This document shows, piece by piece, positions 51,415 to 60,901 of a DNA stretch of 64,000 bases (position 1 is the stretch's first letter; the number at the start of each line of letters is the position of its first letter). The translations under genes were made by a program, and so were the position numbers. The DNA lies in NCBI GenBank assembly GCA_047601445.1, contig JASGJH010000001.1, forward strand, positions 4,704,001 through 4,768,000. Direction: 5' to 3'. Origin of the DNA: Myxococcales bacterium. Its GTDB lineage: Bacteria; Myxococcota_A; Polyangia; Polyangiales; DASUME01. Under the pieces are notes generated by a model that was not told the DNA's origin, searched no databases, and saw only the letters and a list, made by a program, of their open reading frames with translations.

Positions 51415-51972
51415 GTGTCCTCTGCTCCCAACAAGACCGCTCGCCTGGCAATCGCCCTGTGCCTGATTGCGGGAGCCTTCGTGGTCACGAAGAGCCTGGG
51501 ACTCGAGCACTACTTCGAGACGGCGCAGCTACGCCAGATGGTCTCCCACGCGGGTCCCTGGGGCCCCTTGGCCTTCGTGATGGTGTTCGTTGGAGCCGTC
51601 GTGAGTCAGGTACCGGGTCTGGTCTTCGTGTTCGCGGCCCCGGCTTTGTTTCATTTGCCCGAAGCCTGGGTGCTCTGCTTCTTGGCCTCGAATATCGCGG
51701 TGATCCTCAACTTCGCGTTGGTGCGACGTCTGGGAGGTCAGCCCCTGGCCAGCATCCAGCAACCCTGGCTGCGCAAGCTCTTCGGCGCCCTGGATGCCCA
51801 TCCCATCCGCACCGTGGCCATCCTACGCACCATCACCGTGATGTTCCCGCCCGTCACCGGCGCCCTGGCCCTCACGCGCATCTCCGCGCGCGAGCACGCC
51901 GTAGGGTCCGCCATTGGCATGGTGCTTCCTCTCACGGCCATTCTGGTCGCTGCGGGTCTCCTTCTCTCGTAA
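51415..51972 (+). CDS. TVP38/VTT (DedA-related) membrane protein
   Basis: GPWGPLAFV, VPG, FALVRRLG, ILR...P, GSAIGM. Start uncertain. Confidence 0.78.
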   Translation: MSSAPNKTARLAIALCLIAGAFVVTKSLGLEHYFETAQLRQMVSHAGPWGPLAFVMVFVGAVVSQVPGLVFVFAAPALFHLPEAWVLCFLASNIAVILNFALVRRLGGQPLASIQQPWLRKLFGALDAHPIRTVAILRTITVMFPPVTGALALTRISAREHAVGSAIGMVLPLTAILVAAGLLLS

Positions 51973-52007
51973 GTCCTCTACGTCCTCCCTTCACGTCACG
52001 ACGGCCT

Positions 52008-52234
52008 CTCTGCCCCAGTGTTCCTTGGGGTCTGGGCCAGTGCTTCGGTGAGGCAGGCTTGTGGGGGCGCGCCTGGCGCTTTGTCGCGTCGGGCTGGCGG
52101 TGGGCTTTGGAGTCGCACAGGTCCGAGCGGCCGGCCCGCCTGTGAGGACGCGAGTTCAACAAAGCGCTTGCCCGCGCAAGCAACGACCCCCCGCCCCCGC
52201 AGCGACGGCCCAGACAAGGACACATTGGAGCGAG
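52008..52234. repeat. Palindromic intergenic element, copy B
   Basis: Shares GGTCTGGGCC.GTGCTTCGGTGAGGCAGG.TTGTGGGG with copy A; core CCGGCCCGCCTGTGAGGACGC at 52131-52151; terminal IRs. Confidence 0.8.
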
Positions 52235-52250
52235 TGGAGGAAGGCGAGAG

Positions 52251-52868
52251 TCAGGGAGCGAGGCGTTCAGCGAACGAGAGAGTAGCGTCGATGGCCTGCG
52301 CCAGATTTTGAGAGAAGGTGCGCCCCGAGGACTTGCGCGGCTCGAAGGAGTGGTCTCCGTCTTCGAGCCACTCCAGGGCGATGCCCATGGACAGTGTGTA
52401 GCCCGCCACGTCTTCACGTGATCCGAGTTGATCGCGGGTGCCCTGCACGACCAGGCATGGCGTGCGCAGGTGCTCGAGGTGTTCAGTGCGTGTTTGGGCC
52501 GGCTTCTTGGGCGGATGAAATGGGTAGCCGTAGGCCACCACACCGCGCACGCCGAGTGCGTCTGCCACGCGTGTCGCGACACGGCCTCCCATGCTCTTGC
52601 CGCCGATGATCCACTCGTGGGGCGGGCCGAGCGTGGCGAGGACTTCGGCGAAGGTGCGTTCGAGCACGGGCATGCGATCGGGGGCGCCGCGCTTCTCGCC
52701 TGTGCGGGCGCGCGCCATGTAGGGGAACTCGAAGCGCACCACGCGCACGCCGCGGGCTGCGAGGCTCTGGGCGAGCACGGCCATGAACTCCGAGTCCATG
52801 GGGGCGCCCGCGCCGTGGGCGAGCAGGAGGCGGGCATGGGCATCGACGGGACCGTCCTCGAGCAGCAT
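52251..52868 (-). CDS. Alpha/beta hydrolase (KANL3/Tex30-like)
   Basis: HGAGAPMDS, GGKSMGGR, GYPFHPP, QGTRD, GDH. Confidence 0.88.
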   Translation of the reverse strand: MLLEDGPVDAHARLLLAHGAGAPMDSEFMAVLAQSLAARGVRVVRFEFPYMARARTGEKRGAPDRMPVLERTFAEVLATLGPPHEWIIGGKSMGGRVATRVADALGVRGVVAYGYPFHPPKKPAQTRTEHLEHLRTPCLVVQGTRDQLGSREDVAGYTLSMGIALEWLEDGDHSFEPRKSSGRTFSQNLAQAIDATLSFAERLAP

Positions 52869-53003
52869 CGTTCGAGCTTAGCCAGGCAAGCGTCAGGAGG
52901 CGATCGAGCGGCATCGAAGCGCGAGCCCCCGCTTTGCGTTCGTCCCAACCAACGCCATCGCTTCGCCAACGACGTCGGTCCGCCCCAGTTCGGTCTGCGA
53001 ACT

Positions 53004-53198
53004 GGGGTCGAGCGTAGCTGGGGCAGGTTTGTGGGGGCGCGCCGCCCGTGCTTTGTCGAACAAGCGTCCTCACAGGCGGGCCGGTCGCCCAGGCGTGCGC
53101 CACTCCAAGCCCCACCGCTACCCTGGCGCAACAAGGCGCAGGGCCCGCCCCCACAAGCCTGCCCCACCGGAGCACCGGCCCATACCCGGGAGAGCACT
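53004..53198. repeat. Palindromic intergenic element, copy C (inverted)
   Basis: Reverse complement aligns with 4880-5058; IR at 53020-53037/53148-53165; core at 53064-53084. Confidence 0.8.
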
Positions 53199-53309
53199 AT
53201 GCGAGCTTACAGAACTTTGGCGAAGTTCGGGCGTCCATGGAGAGGCCTGGGTCGCTCGTACCGCGCGGGATTGCGCAGAGGGTCGAGCTTTGCCCGGCGG
53301 GAGGCATTC

Positions 53310-55262
53310 ATGCGTTCAAGGGGCCGGAGTAACGGAGCATTGTGGCTGTTGGTGTGGGCGTTGACCACGGGAGGCTGCGCCCACGATGGGCCCGTCACCA
53401 ACGAGCACGTCGAGCTGCGCAGCACGCCTGTGGCCGCGGTGCGGGTCGATAAGCCGGCGAACCAGCGCAGCGAGCGCGTCGCGCAGCCCAGCACGTCCGT
53501 GTCCGCGGTACAGGTCGATAAGCCGGCCGACAAGGACACTGCGGCCGCACCGAGCGATCCGACTGGCCCCGTGGTGGTGGAAGCGGTTCCGGAGCAGGAG
53601 CGCAGCGAAGACCGCAAGCAAGACGATGCGTCTCTGCAGCGCGCTGCGCCCCCCGCTCCAGTGAAGCGCTCTGCGCGCGCGAAGGCGGCTGCGGGCAGCG
53701 TCGCCGTGGGCGACATGGCCTTTAGCGTCAGCTCGAGTGGAGCGGGCTATGGCATCGGAGGCGCCGCACTCGGCGCAGGGGGCATGGTGGCTGCGAGTCC
53801 GGTGCAGAAGCAGCTCGAAGCCCAGCCGCTCGAGATGAACCGCGAGGCCTACGCCCACATCGCCGAACAGAGCTTCTCTCCCGCGCGCGAGGAGCCCCTC
53901 TCCACCTTCTCCATCGACGTGGACACCGCAAGCTACGCCAACGTACGGCGCTTCCTGCGCGACGGCAGCCTGCCGCCGGCCGACGCGGTGCGCATCGAAG
54001 AGCTGGTGAACTACTTCGACTACGACTACCCCAAGCCGAGTGCTGGCGAGCCTTTCTCGATCTACGCGGAGGTGGGCGATTGCCCGTGGAATCCTGCACA
54101 TCGCCTGGTGCACATCGGCGTGCAGGGGCGTGAAATCGCGCAGGAGAACGTGCCCGCACGCAACCTGGTGTTTCTGGTGGACGTGTCGGGCTCGATGCAG
54201 GATCCGAACAAACTCCCGCTGCTGAAGCAAGGCCTGACCATGTTGGCGCGCAACCTGCGCCCGGAGGATCGCGTGTCCATCGCGGTGTACGCGGGCTCCT
54301 CCGGACTCGCCCTGCCCTCCACCAGCGGAAAGAACCCGAGCGAGATCATCGACGCACTCTCGCGCCTCGAGGCAGGCGGCTCCACCAACGGCGCCGAGGG
54401 CATCCAGCTCGCTTACCAGGAGGCCCAAAAACACTTCGTGAAGGGCGGCATCAACCGCGTGATCCTCGCCACCGACGGCGACTTCAACGTGGGCATGACC
54501 AGCGAGGGCGAGCTGGTGCGCTTGATCGAGGAGAAGCGCAAGAGCGGCGTGTTCCTGACGGTGCTCGGCTTTGGCAGCGGCAATCTGCAGGATTCGCGCA
54601 TGGAGCAGCTGGCCGACAAGGGCAACGGCAACTACGCCTACATCGATTCGCTGGCCGAGGCGCACAAGGTGCTGGTGCGGGAGGCGGGCTCGACCCTGGT
54701 CACCATCGCCAAGGACGTGAAGCTGCAGGTCGAATGGAACCCGACCCACGTCGCGAGCTATCGCTTGATCGGCTACGAAAACCGGGCGCTCGCGGCTCGT
54801 GACTTCAACGATGACAAGAAGGACGCCGGCGAGATCGGCGCCGGCCACAACGTGACTGCGCTCTACGAGATCGTGCCCGCCGGCAGCGAGGAGCCCGGAT
54901 CACCGCGCGTGGACCCGCTGCGCTATCAAGCCAAGCCGGGCGACACGGCCAAGGCCTTCGAAGGTGAGCTGTTGACGGTGAAGGTCCGCTACAAGGCTCC
55001 CGATGGCGAGACGAGTCAGCTGGTGACGCGTTCACTCGCCGATCAGCACCGCGCGCTTGCCTCGACCTCCGACTCCTTCCGCTTCTCGGCCGCGGTGGCC
55101 GGCTTCGGCATGTTGCTGCGCGACTCCAAGCACAAGGGCGCCGCCACACTCGACACGCTCTCCGAGCTCGCGCGTGGTGCCAGCAAGCAGGACGCTCACG
55201 GTGATCGTGGCGAACTCCTGGACATGATGAACGCCGCGCGACGCCTGGGCCTGGGTGGCTGA
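53310..55262 (+). CDS. YfbK-like von Willebrand factor A domain lipoprotein
   Basis: GGC lipobox, STFSIDVDTASY, MIDAS DVSGS, TDGDFN, YRLIGYENR, DAGEIGAGH. Confidence 0.92.
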   Translation: MRSRGRSNGALWLLVWALTTGGCAHDGPVTNEHVELRSTPVAAVRVDKPANQRSERVAQPSTSVSAVQVDKPADKDTAAAPSDPTGPVVVEAVPEQERSEDRKQDDASLQRAAPPAPVKRSARAKAAAGSVAVGDMAFSVSSSGAGYGIGGAALGAGGMVAASPVQKQLEAQPLEMNREAYAHIAEQSFSPAREEPLSTFSIDVDTASYANVRRFLRDGSLPPADAVRIEELVNYFDYDYPKPSAGEPFSIYAEVGDCPWNPAHRLVHIGVQGREIAQENVPARNLVFLVDVSGSMQDPNKLPLLKQGLTMLARNLRPEDRVSIAVYAGSSGLALPSTSGKNPSEIIDALSRLEAGGSTNGAEGIQLAYQEAQKHFVKGGINRVILATDGDFNVGMTSEGELVRLIEEKRKSGVFLTVLGFGSGNLQDSRMEQLADKGNGNYAYIDSLAEAHKVLVREAGSTLVTIAKDVKLQVEWNPTHVASYRLIGYENRALAARDFNDDKKDAGEIGAGHNVTALYEIVPAGSEEPGSPRVDPLRYQAKPGDTAKAFEGELLTVKVRYKAPDGETSQLVTRSLADQHRALASTSDSFRFSAAVAGFGMLLRDSKHKGAATLDTLSELARGASKQDAHGDRGELLDMMNAARRLGLGG

Positions 55263-55395
55263 GCGCGGGCGCGCCCCGCTCGCACAAGGCTGGCACGAGG
55301 AGCCGGGCGCCGACTTTGTCAGCGCTCGGCTTTTTCCACACAGATCGTTTTTCGCGCTGACGCGTCGGTACGAGCACAACGAGGAGTTCCGCGCC

Positions 55396-56325
55396 ATGTC
55401 GCCGAAACTGGGTCACTTTTTTCTCGCTCTCCTGCTGGGTGCGCTGTTCATTCAAGTGGGACTGAACTGCGCCAAAGCCGAGCCACCGTACGAAATCGTA
55501 CTCGAGGACGAGTTCGGCAACCGCTTGCCCACCTACGCCCACCGCGGCGAGTGGTTCGCGCAGGGCCGTGAGGGGCAGCGCTACAACGTGCGCGTGGTCA
55601 ACAACAGCGGGCGGCGTGTGGAAGCCGTGGTCACAGTGGACGGGCGCGACGTGCTTAGCGGTCAGCCCGGCGACTTCAAGAGCCAGCGCGGCTATCTCGT
55701 GCCCGCCTACGGCTCGGTGGTGATCGACGGTTTCCGCACCAGCCTGAGCGAGGTCGCGGCCTTCCGCTTCACCCACCCGGACAACAGCTACTCCTCGCGC
55801 ATGGGCACGCCAGAGAACGTGGGCGTGGTCGGCGCCGCCTTCTTCCCGGAGCGTGAGCGCGAGCCCGTCTACCGCCCGCAGATCCCGCGTCGCCCCTACT
55901 ACGAGCCCTACAGCGGCAACTCGCACGACTCGCGCCGCAAGAGCGGTAGCTACGACGGCCTCGGCAGCAGCGGCCCCGGGCAGGGCGGCGGCGGTCGAGC
56001 CGAGGCGAAGCCCGCGGCTCCCAGTGCCAGCGCTCCTGCCGCAGAAGCATCCGCACGCGCCTATCGAGAACAGCCCGCAGACGACGAGAGCAACATCGGC
56101 ACCGAGTACGGCGAGCAGCAGTACAGTGCCGTCACCGAGGTGGCCTTCACGCGGGCACGCAAGAGTCCCGACCGCGTGCTCACCGTGCGCTACGACGACT
56201 ACGAAGGCCTGCTCGCGCGCGGTGTCTTGCCCCGCCCCGCTCCGCGCCCCTACGCCGGTCCCAGCGCGTTCCCGGTCAACCGTTTCGCCCCGCCGCCCCC
56301 GCCGCCTCGCTCTTACTGGAACTGA
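55396..56325 (+). CDS. Exported hypothetical protein
   Basis: GAGGAG RBS, signal peptide, GQRYNVRV.N, VTVDGRDV, GVVGAAFF.E, IGTEYGE. Confidence 0.75.
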   Translation: MSPKLGHFFLALLLGALFIQVGLNCAKAEPPYEIVLEDEFGNRLPTYAHRGEWFAQGREGQRYNVRVVNNSGRRVEAVVTVDGRDVLSGQPGDFKSQRGYLVPAYGSVVIDGFRTSLSEVAAFRFTHPDNSYSSRMGTPENVGVVGAAFFPEREREPVYRPQIPRRPYYEPYSGNSHDSRRKSGSYDGLGSSGPGQGGGGRAEAKPAAPSASAPAAEASARAYREQPADDESNIGTEYGEQQYSAVTEVAFTRARKSPDRVLTVRYDDYEGLLARGVLPRPAPRPYAGPSAFPVNRFAPPPPPPRSYWN

Positions 56326-57628
56326 GCGGTGGCCGCGACGCGCGGACCGGTGCGCCGGGTTGCAAGCGGCCGCCAGTGATGAGACGGGCACCACGCCGAT
56401 AGGTGAAGTAGGACCAGGCCCAGTCGAACATCACGAGCAGGCGATTGCGGAAACCGATCAAATACCAGATGTGCACCATCAGCCAGGCGAGCCAGGCGAG
56501 GAAGCCGCTGAGCTTGAGACGTCCAGCCTCGGCGATGGCACGTGAACGTCCGATGGTGGCCATGCTGCCCTTGTCGAAGTAGCGGAACGGCTGGCGGGCC
56601 GCAGGCGCGGTCCCCGACGACTTGGCGCGCAGCTCGCTGGCGATGACCTGGGCCACGTAGCGCCCCATCTGCATCGCCACGGGACTGACCCCCGGCAAGG
56701 GCTTGCCATGCGCGTCGAGCATGAAGGCGGCGTCACCGATCACGAACACGTCGGGACGTCCCTTGAGCGCGCAGTCGGGACCCACCACGGCACGTCCCGA
56801 GCGGTCGAGTTCGAGACCGATGGTCTTGAGCAGCGGCGAGGCCGATACACCCGCTGCCCACAGCACCGTGTCGGCCGCGATGACCTCGCCGTTGGCGAGC
56901 GTGACTCCGTCGCTCCCGATGCGCGACACCATGGAGCCGGTGCGCACGTGCACACCGAGCTCCGAGAGCTGCTGGACCGCACGCTCGGACAGGTCTGGCT
57001 CGAAGGTCGAGAGCACGCGTGGGCCGGCCTCGATCAACAACACGCGAGCCTCCGAGGGCTTCACGTGCCTGAAATCTCGGCTCAACACGTGGCGCGCCAG
57101 CTCGGCGATGGCGCCCGCGAGCTCCACGCCGGTGGGGCCGCCCCCGATGACCACGAAGCTCAACAGCTTGGCGCGCAGCGCGGGATCGCCCGCGCGCTCC
57201 GCGGCCTCGAAGGCCACCAGCACGCGACGGCGGATTTCCACGGCATCGTCGAGGTTCTTGAGACCAGGCGCAAAGTGCTCCCACTCATCGTGCCCGAAGT
57301 AATGCGTGCGCGCTCCGGGCGCCAATACGAGATAGTCGTAGGGCAAACCGCCGCCCTCCATGAGCAGCACGCGCTTCTGCTCCAGGTCCACCCCGGTGAC
57401 CTCATCGAGCAGCACGGTGACTCGACGTAGCTTGTGCACGATCGAGCGGATGGGCGCGGCGATCTCGCTGGGTGCCAGGCCCGCCATCGCCACCTGATAC
57501 AGGAGCGGCTGGAACAGATGGTGGTTCTGGCGATCGACGAGGGTAACATCCGCGTCGACGCGCTTGAGCGCTTGCACGGTGGTGAGTCCGCCGAAGCCCC
57601 CACCGACGATGACTATTTTGGCGCTCAT
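56276..57628 (-). CDS. ndh: Type II NADH dehydrogenase
   Basis: GGGFGG, HLFQPLLYQVA, GGGPTGVELAG, WAAG, DKGSMATIGR. Confidence 0.92.
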   Translation of the reverse strand: MSAKIVIVGGGFGGLTTVQALKRVDADVTLVDRQNHHLFQPLLYQVAMAGLAPSEIAAPIRSIVHKLRRVTVLLDEVTGVDLEQKRVLLMEGGGLPYDYLVLAPGARTHYFGHDEWEHFAPGLKNLDDAVEIRRRVLVAFEAAERAGDPALRAKLLSFVVIGGGPTGVELAGAIAELARHVLSRDFRHVKPSEARVLLIEAGPRVLSTFEPDLSERAVQQLSELGVHVRTGSMVSRIGSDGVTLANGEVIAADTVLWAAGVSASPLLKTIGLELDRSGRAVVGPDCALKGRPDVFVIGDAAFMLDAHGKPLPGVSPVAMQMGRYVAQVIASELRAKSSGTAPAARQPFRYFDKGSMATIGRSRAIAEAGRLKLSGFLAWLAWLMVHIWYLIGFRNRLLVMFDWAWSYFTYRRGARLITGGRLQPGAPVRASRPPLSSSKSEAAGAAGRNG

Positions 57629-57749
57629 TCGACACCCGCGCCGCGCGTGGAACCCGAGTAGCCCTGGGCCATGCGTTTTTTCTACGCCGGCCCCCGGCGG
57701 GGCGCCATGCGACGTTGCTCGCGGCGCCCGCCGGCCTTACAAGCCCTGG

Positions 57750-59318
57750 ATGGTTGCTGCTTCGGTGCGCGCTTTCTTCCGTGTCGCTCGTCTCGCACCC
57801 TGCTTGGGATTGCTGGCAGCCTGTACAGGCCCCAAGCGCGAAGCTCCGGCCCGGCGCGAGCCTCCCAAGGCCGCACCGCTGCCCGCCTTCTCCGGCCCCA
57901 CCAGCTCGCTCGAACGCCCGCCGGTGGAGGTCCCCGCACAGCTCGACTACCTCATCTTCGGCGGCGGCAGCGAGCCGCTCTCCAATCAAATCTCGTTGGC
58001 GCAGGATCTCAACTTCGCGCGCGAGTTGCTCGATGGCCGAGGCCTCACCCTGTTCGCCAGCGGGCCCAACGCGCCAGTATCCGTCGAGGATCGCAGGTCC
58101 GAGAACGAACGGCCCGATCTCACGCGCGAGCTTGCGCGCATGTTCGGCGTCCCCGGCGCCGACGCCACACGCTACGAAGCCGCTCCACTCAGCAGCGACG
58201 GACCGAGCACCGCTGACCAGGTGCTGCACGCACTCGAGAAGGGATTGAGCCACGGCAAGGAGCCGCTGTTCGTGTACGCAGCGTGCCACGGCGATCAGGG
58301 CGCACAACCTGCGGACAACACGCTCAGCTTGTGGGGCGGCTGGGGACTCAAGGTCACCGATCTCACGGCCGTGCTTGATCGTCACGAGGACAACCCGCGT
58401 GGCACGCGCTTCGTGATCACGGCGTGCTTCGGCGGTGGCTTCGCGGAGCTCGCCTTCGTGGCGGGCGATCCCAAGCGCGGCGCGCGCTCACCGGAGCACT
58501 GTGGACTGTTCGCCGCTCCCTGGGACGAAGAAGCCAGCGGCTGCGATCCGAACCCCGACCGCCGCGTGCAGGAGTCCTACTCGATTCATTTCATGCACGC
58601 ACTGGCGGGCCAGGACCGGCGTCAGCACCCGCGCATGCACGAGATCGATCTCAACGGAGATCAGCGCGTGAGCTTGCTCGAAGCCCATACCTATGCGCGC
58701 ATCGCGAGCCGCTCGTTCGACACACCGACCACGACCTCCGAGCGCTACTTGCGCGAGGTCAGCCCCAACCCGGGCCGTGCCACCCCTCGAGTCGCGCTCG
58801 ACCCGTTGGCCGCGCCCGAAGAAGTCGCCATCGTGCGCGCCCTGGGCGAAGAGCTCGAGCTGAGCTCGGAAGCCGAAGCCAAGGCCAAGTTGAGCGAGCT
58901 CGACGGCATCCTGACCGACGCGAACCAACAAGTGAGCAAGGCTCAACAGACGGCCGACGACGCCTACTACGCCCTGCGCATCGCCCTGCTTGAGCGCTTT
59001 CCGCTACTCGAGCATCCCTGGGAGCAGCGCGGACGTGACCTGATCGCCCAACAGGCCGTCGAAATCAGCAAACTCCTCACGGAGTCAGACCTGGCTCAGG
59101 AACACGTGCAAGCCTCCCACGAGCTCGATCAGGCCGTGATCGACCAGGACTCCGTGCGCGTTGCGCGCGCGCGTGTGCAGCGCCTCGTTCGGGCCTACGA
59201 GACCCTGCGCCTGGCGACCGCGCTCAAGAAAAAGAGCGGGCCGGATTACACCCATTTTGCAGCGCTCCGCCGCTGTGAAAACTGGGTGCCGAGATTGCGG
59301 AGCGGCGGTCGTCCGTGA
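57750..59318 (+). CDS. Lipoprotein with caspase/legumain-fold (C13/C14-like) peptidase domain and helical C-terminus
   Basis: LAAC lipobox; FVYAACHG and VITACFGGGF dyad motifs. Confidence 0.68.
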   Translation: MVAASVRAFFRVARLAPCLGLLAACTGPKREAPARREPPKAAPLPAFSGPTSSLERPPVEVPAQLDYLIFGGGSEPLSNQISLAQDLNFARELLDGRGLTLFASGPNAPVSVEDRRSENERPDLTRELARMFGVPGADATRYEAAPLSSDGPSTADQVLHALEKGLSHGKEPLFVYAACHGDQGAQPADNTLSLWGGWGLKVTDLTAVLDRHEDNPRGTRFVITACFGGGFAELAFVAGDPKRGARSPEHCGLFAAPWDEEASGCDPNPDRRVQESYSIHFMHALAGQDRRQHPRMHEIDLNGDQRVSLLEAHTYARIASRSFDTPTTTSERYLREVSPNPGRATPRVALDPLAAPEEVAIVRALGEELELSSEAEAKAKLSELDGILTDANQQVSKAQQTADDAYYALRIALLERFPLLEHPWEQRGRDLIAQQAVEISKLLTESDLAQEHVQASHELDQAVIDQDSVRVARARVQRLVRAYETLRLATALKKKSGPDYTHFAALRRCENWVPRLRSGGRP

Positions 59319-59392
59319 TACGCGTGTGGCTCCTTTCACCTGGGTGCGCTGTGCCATGATCGCGCCCTCGAGACGCCAGGGAGCGCGCAAAC

Positions 59393-60889
59393 ATGAGCTT
59401 ATTCAGGGGATTTTTGGGCCTGACCGCAGTGGCGGCATGGTCATCTGTGTTGGGTTGCGGGGAGAACGATAGCCCCGCCGGAGCGGACAAGGGCGACCAG
59501 CAGGGCAATGAGCAGGCCCTGGTCACCTGGCACCAACACGTGGCGCCCGTGATCACGGAGAAGTGCACGGCGTGCCACACCGAGGGCGGCATCGCTCCGT
59601 TCTCGCTGACCAGTTACGCCAACGCCAAGGCCGTGGCTTCGCAGGTGGCCGCTGCCGTCATGGAAGGCCGCATGCCGCCTTACCTCGCGCAGGAGACCCC
59701 CGACTGTCAGCCGCGCCTCCACTGGGCCAACGACCTGCGCCTGAGCGCCGAGCAGAAGACGATGATCCAGACCTGGGTGGACAACGGCACGCCGGAGGGC
59801 GATCCCGCCACCGCCGCCGAGATCAAGCACCCCGCGCCGGTGGCGCTGCCGCGCGAAGACATCGTGATGAACTGGCCCGAAGCCATCGCGGTGGACGGTA
59901 CCAAGGACATCCACACCTGCATCATCGTCGATCCCCAGCTCACCGCCGACTCCTACGTCACCGGTCGCCTGATCACCTCGGGCAACAAGAAGGTGCTGCA
60001 CCACGTGGTGTCGTACGTCATCGCGCCCGGCCAGAATGCGGACGGCACGCCGCGCACCAAGGCCCAGCTCGAAGAGGCCGTGAAGGCCCAAAAGGGCGTG
60101 GGCATCGGCGGTCGCTACGACTGCTTCGGCGGCGCGGGCTTCCAATCCGGCGGCGGCGTCTCCACGGAGATGCTCGACGCATGGGCGCCGGGCGGCGTGG
60201 CCAACCTGGCTCCCGAAGACTCCGGTCAGCCCGTCCTCAAGGACTCGTTGGTGCTGCTGGACGTCCACTACCATCCCACCGGCAAGCCCGAGGTGGACTC
60301 GGGCAGCAAGCTCTCCTTGATGCTCTCGCAGACGCGCCCCAGTCGCATCTCGCGCAGCATTCTGCTCGGCAACTTCACGCAGCCCGAGAGCGCGCCCTAC
60401 ACCTCGATGTACGGCGACGGCATGCTGATCAAGCAACCCGACGAGACCGAGGCCAAGTTCCTCATCCCCGCCAATGCCAAGGATCACGTCGAAGAGATGA
60501 CCTGGACCTGGAAGGCCCTGAGCAGCGACGGCTTGCGCGTGATGGGCATGGGCACGCACATGCACTACGTGGGCCGCGGCATGCGCATCACGCTCGAGCG
60601 CGCGAACGGCGACTCGGAGTGCCTGATCGAGACGCCCCGGTACGACTTCAACTGGCAGCGCGGCTACGGCTACGACGCCGCCTTCGAGCAGCTCCCGATG
60701 ATGGGCGTGGGTGACACGCTGCGCATGCGTTGCATCTACGACAACAGCATGGACAACAACTTCGTCCGTCAAGCGCTCGACGATCAGGGCTTGGATGCGC
60801 CCGTGGACGTGCCGCTCGGTGAGGACACGTTGAACGAGATGTGCCTGGGCGCCGTGGGCATCATCTATCCGAACCTCACCGGTCCCTGA
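59393..60889 (+). CDS. Lipoprotein: cytochrome c domain plus copper type II monooxygenase (second copy)
   Basis: VLGC lipobox, CTACH, RMPP, LHHVV, LDVHYH, THMH, YDFNWQ, NEMC. Confidence 0.85.
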   Translation: MSLFRGFLGLTAVAAWSSVLGCGENDSPAGADKGDQQGNEQALVTWHQHVAPVITEKCTACHTEGGIAPFSLTSYANAKAVASQVAAAVMEGRMPPYLAQETPDCQPRLHWANDLRLSAEQKTMIQTWVDNGTPEGDPATAAEIKHPAPVALPREDIVMNWPEAIAVDGTKDIHTCIIVDPQLTADSYVTGRLITSGNKKVLHHVVSYVIAPGQNADGTPRTKAQLEEAVKAQKGVGIGGRYDCFGGAGFQSGGGVSTEMLDAWAPGGVANLAPEDSGQPVLKDSLVLLDVHYHPTGKPEVDSGSKLSLMLSQTRPSRISRSILLGNFTQPESAPYTSMYGDGMLIKQPDETEAKFLIPANAKDHVEEMTWTWKALSSDGLRVMGMGTHMHYVGRGMRITLERANGDSECLIETPRYDFNWQRGYGYDAAFEQLPMMGVGDTLRMRCIYDNSMDNNFVRQALDDQGLDAPVDVPLGEDTLNEMCLGAVGIIYPNLTGP

Positions 60890-60901
60890 GCCACGGCGAG
60901 C

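Noticed and set aside
52428..53309. N-terminal extension of the vWA ORF
   Set aside because: It runs antisense through the hydrolase gene and repeat copy C; the signal peptide begins at 53310.
56276..56325. Convergent 3' overlaps (also 12921-12940, 24956-24987, 34898-34951)
   Set aside because: Short tail-to-tail overlaps are common in stop-poor high-GC genomes.
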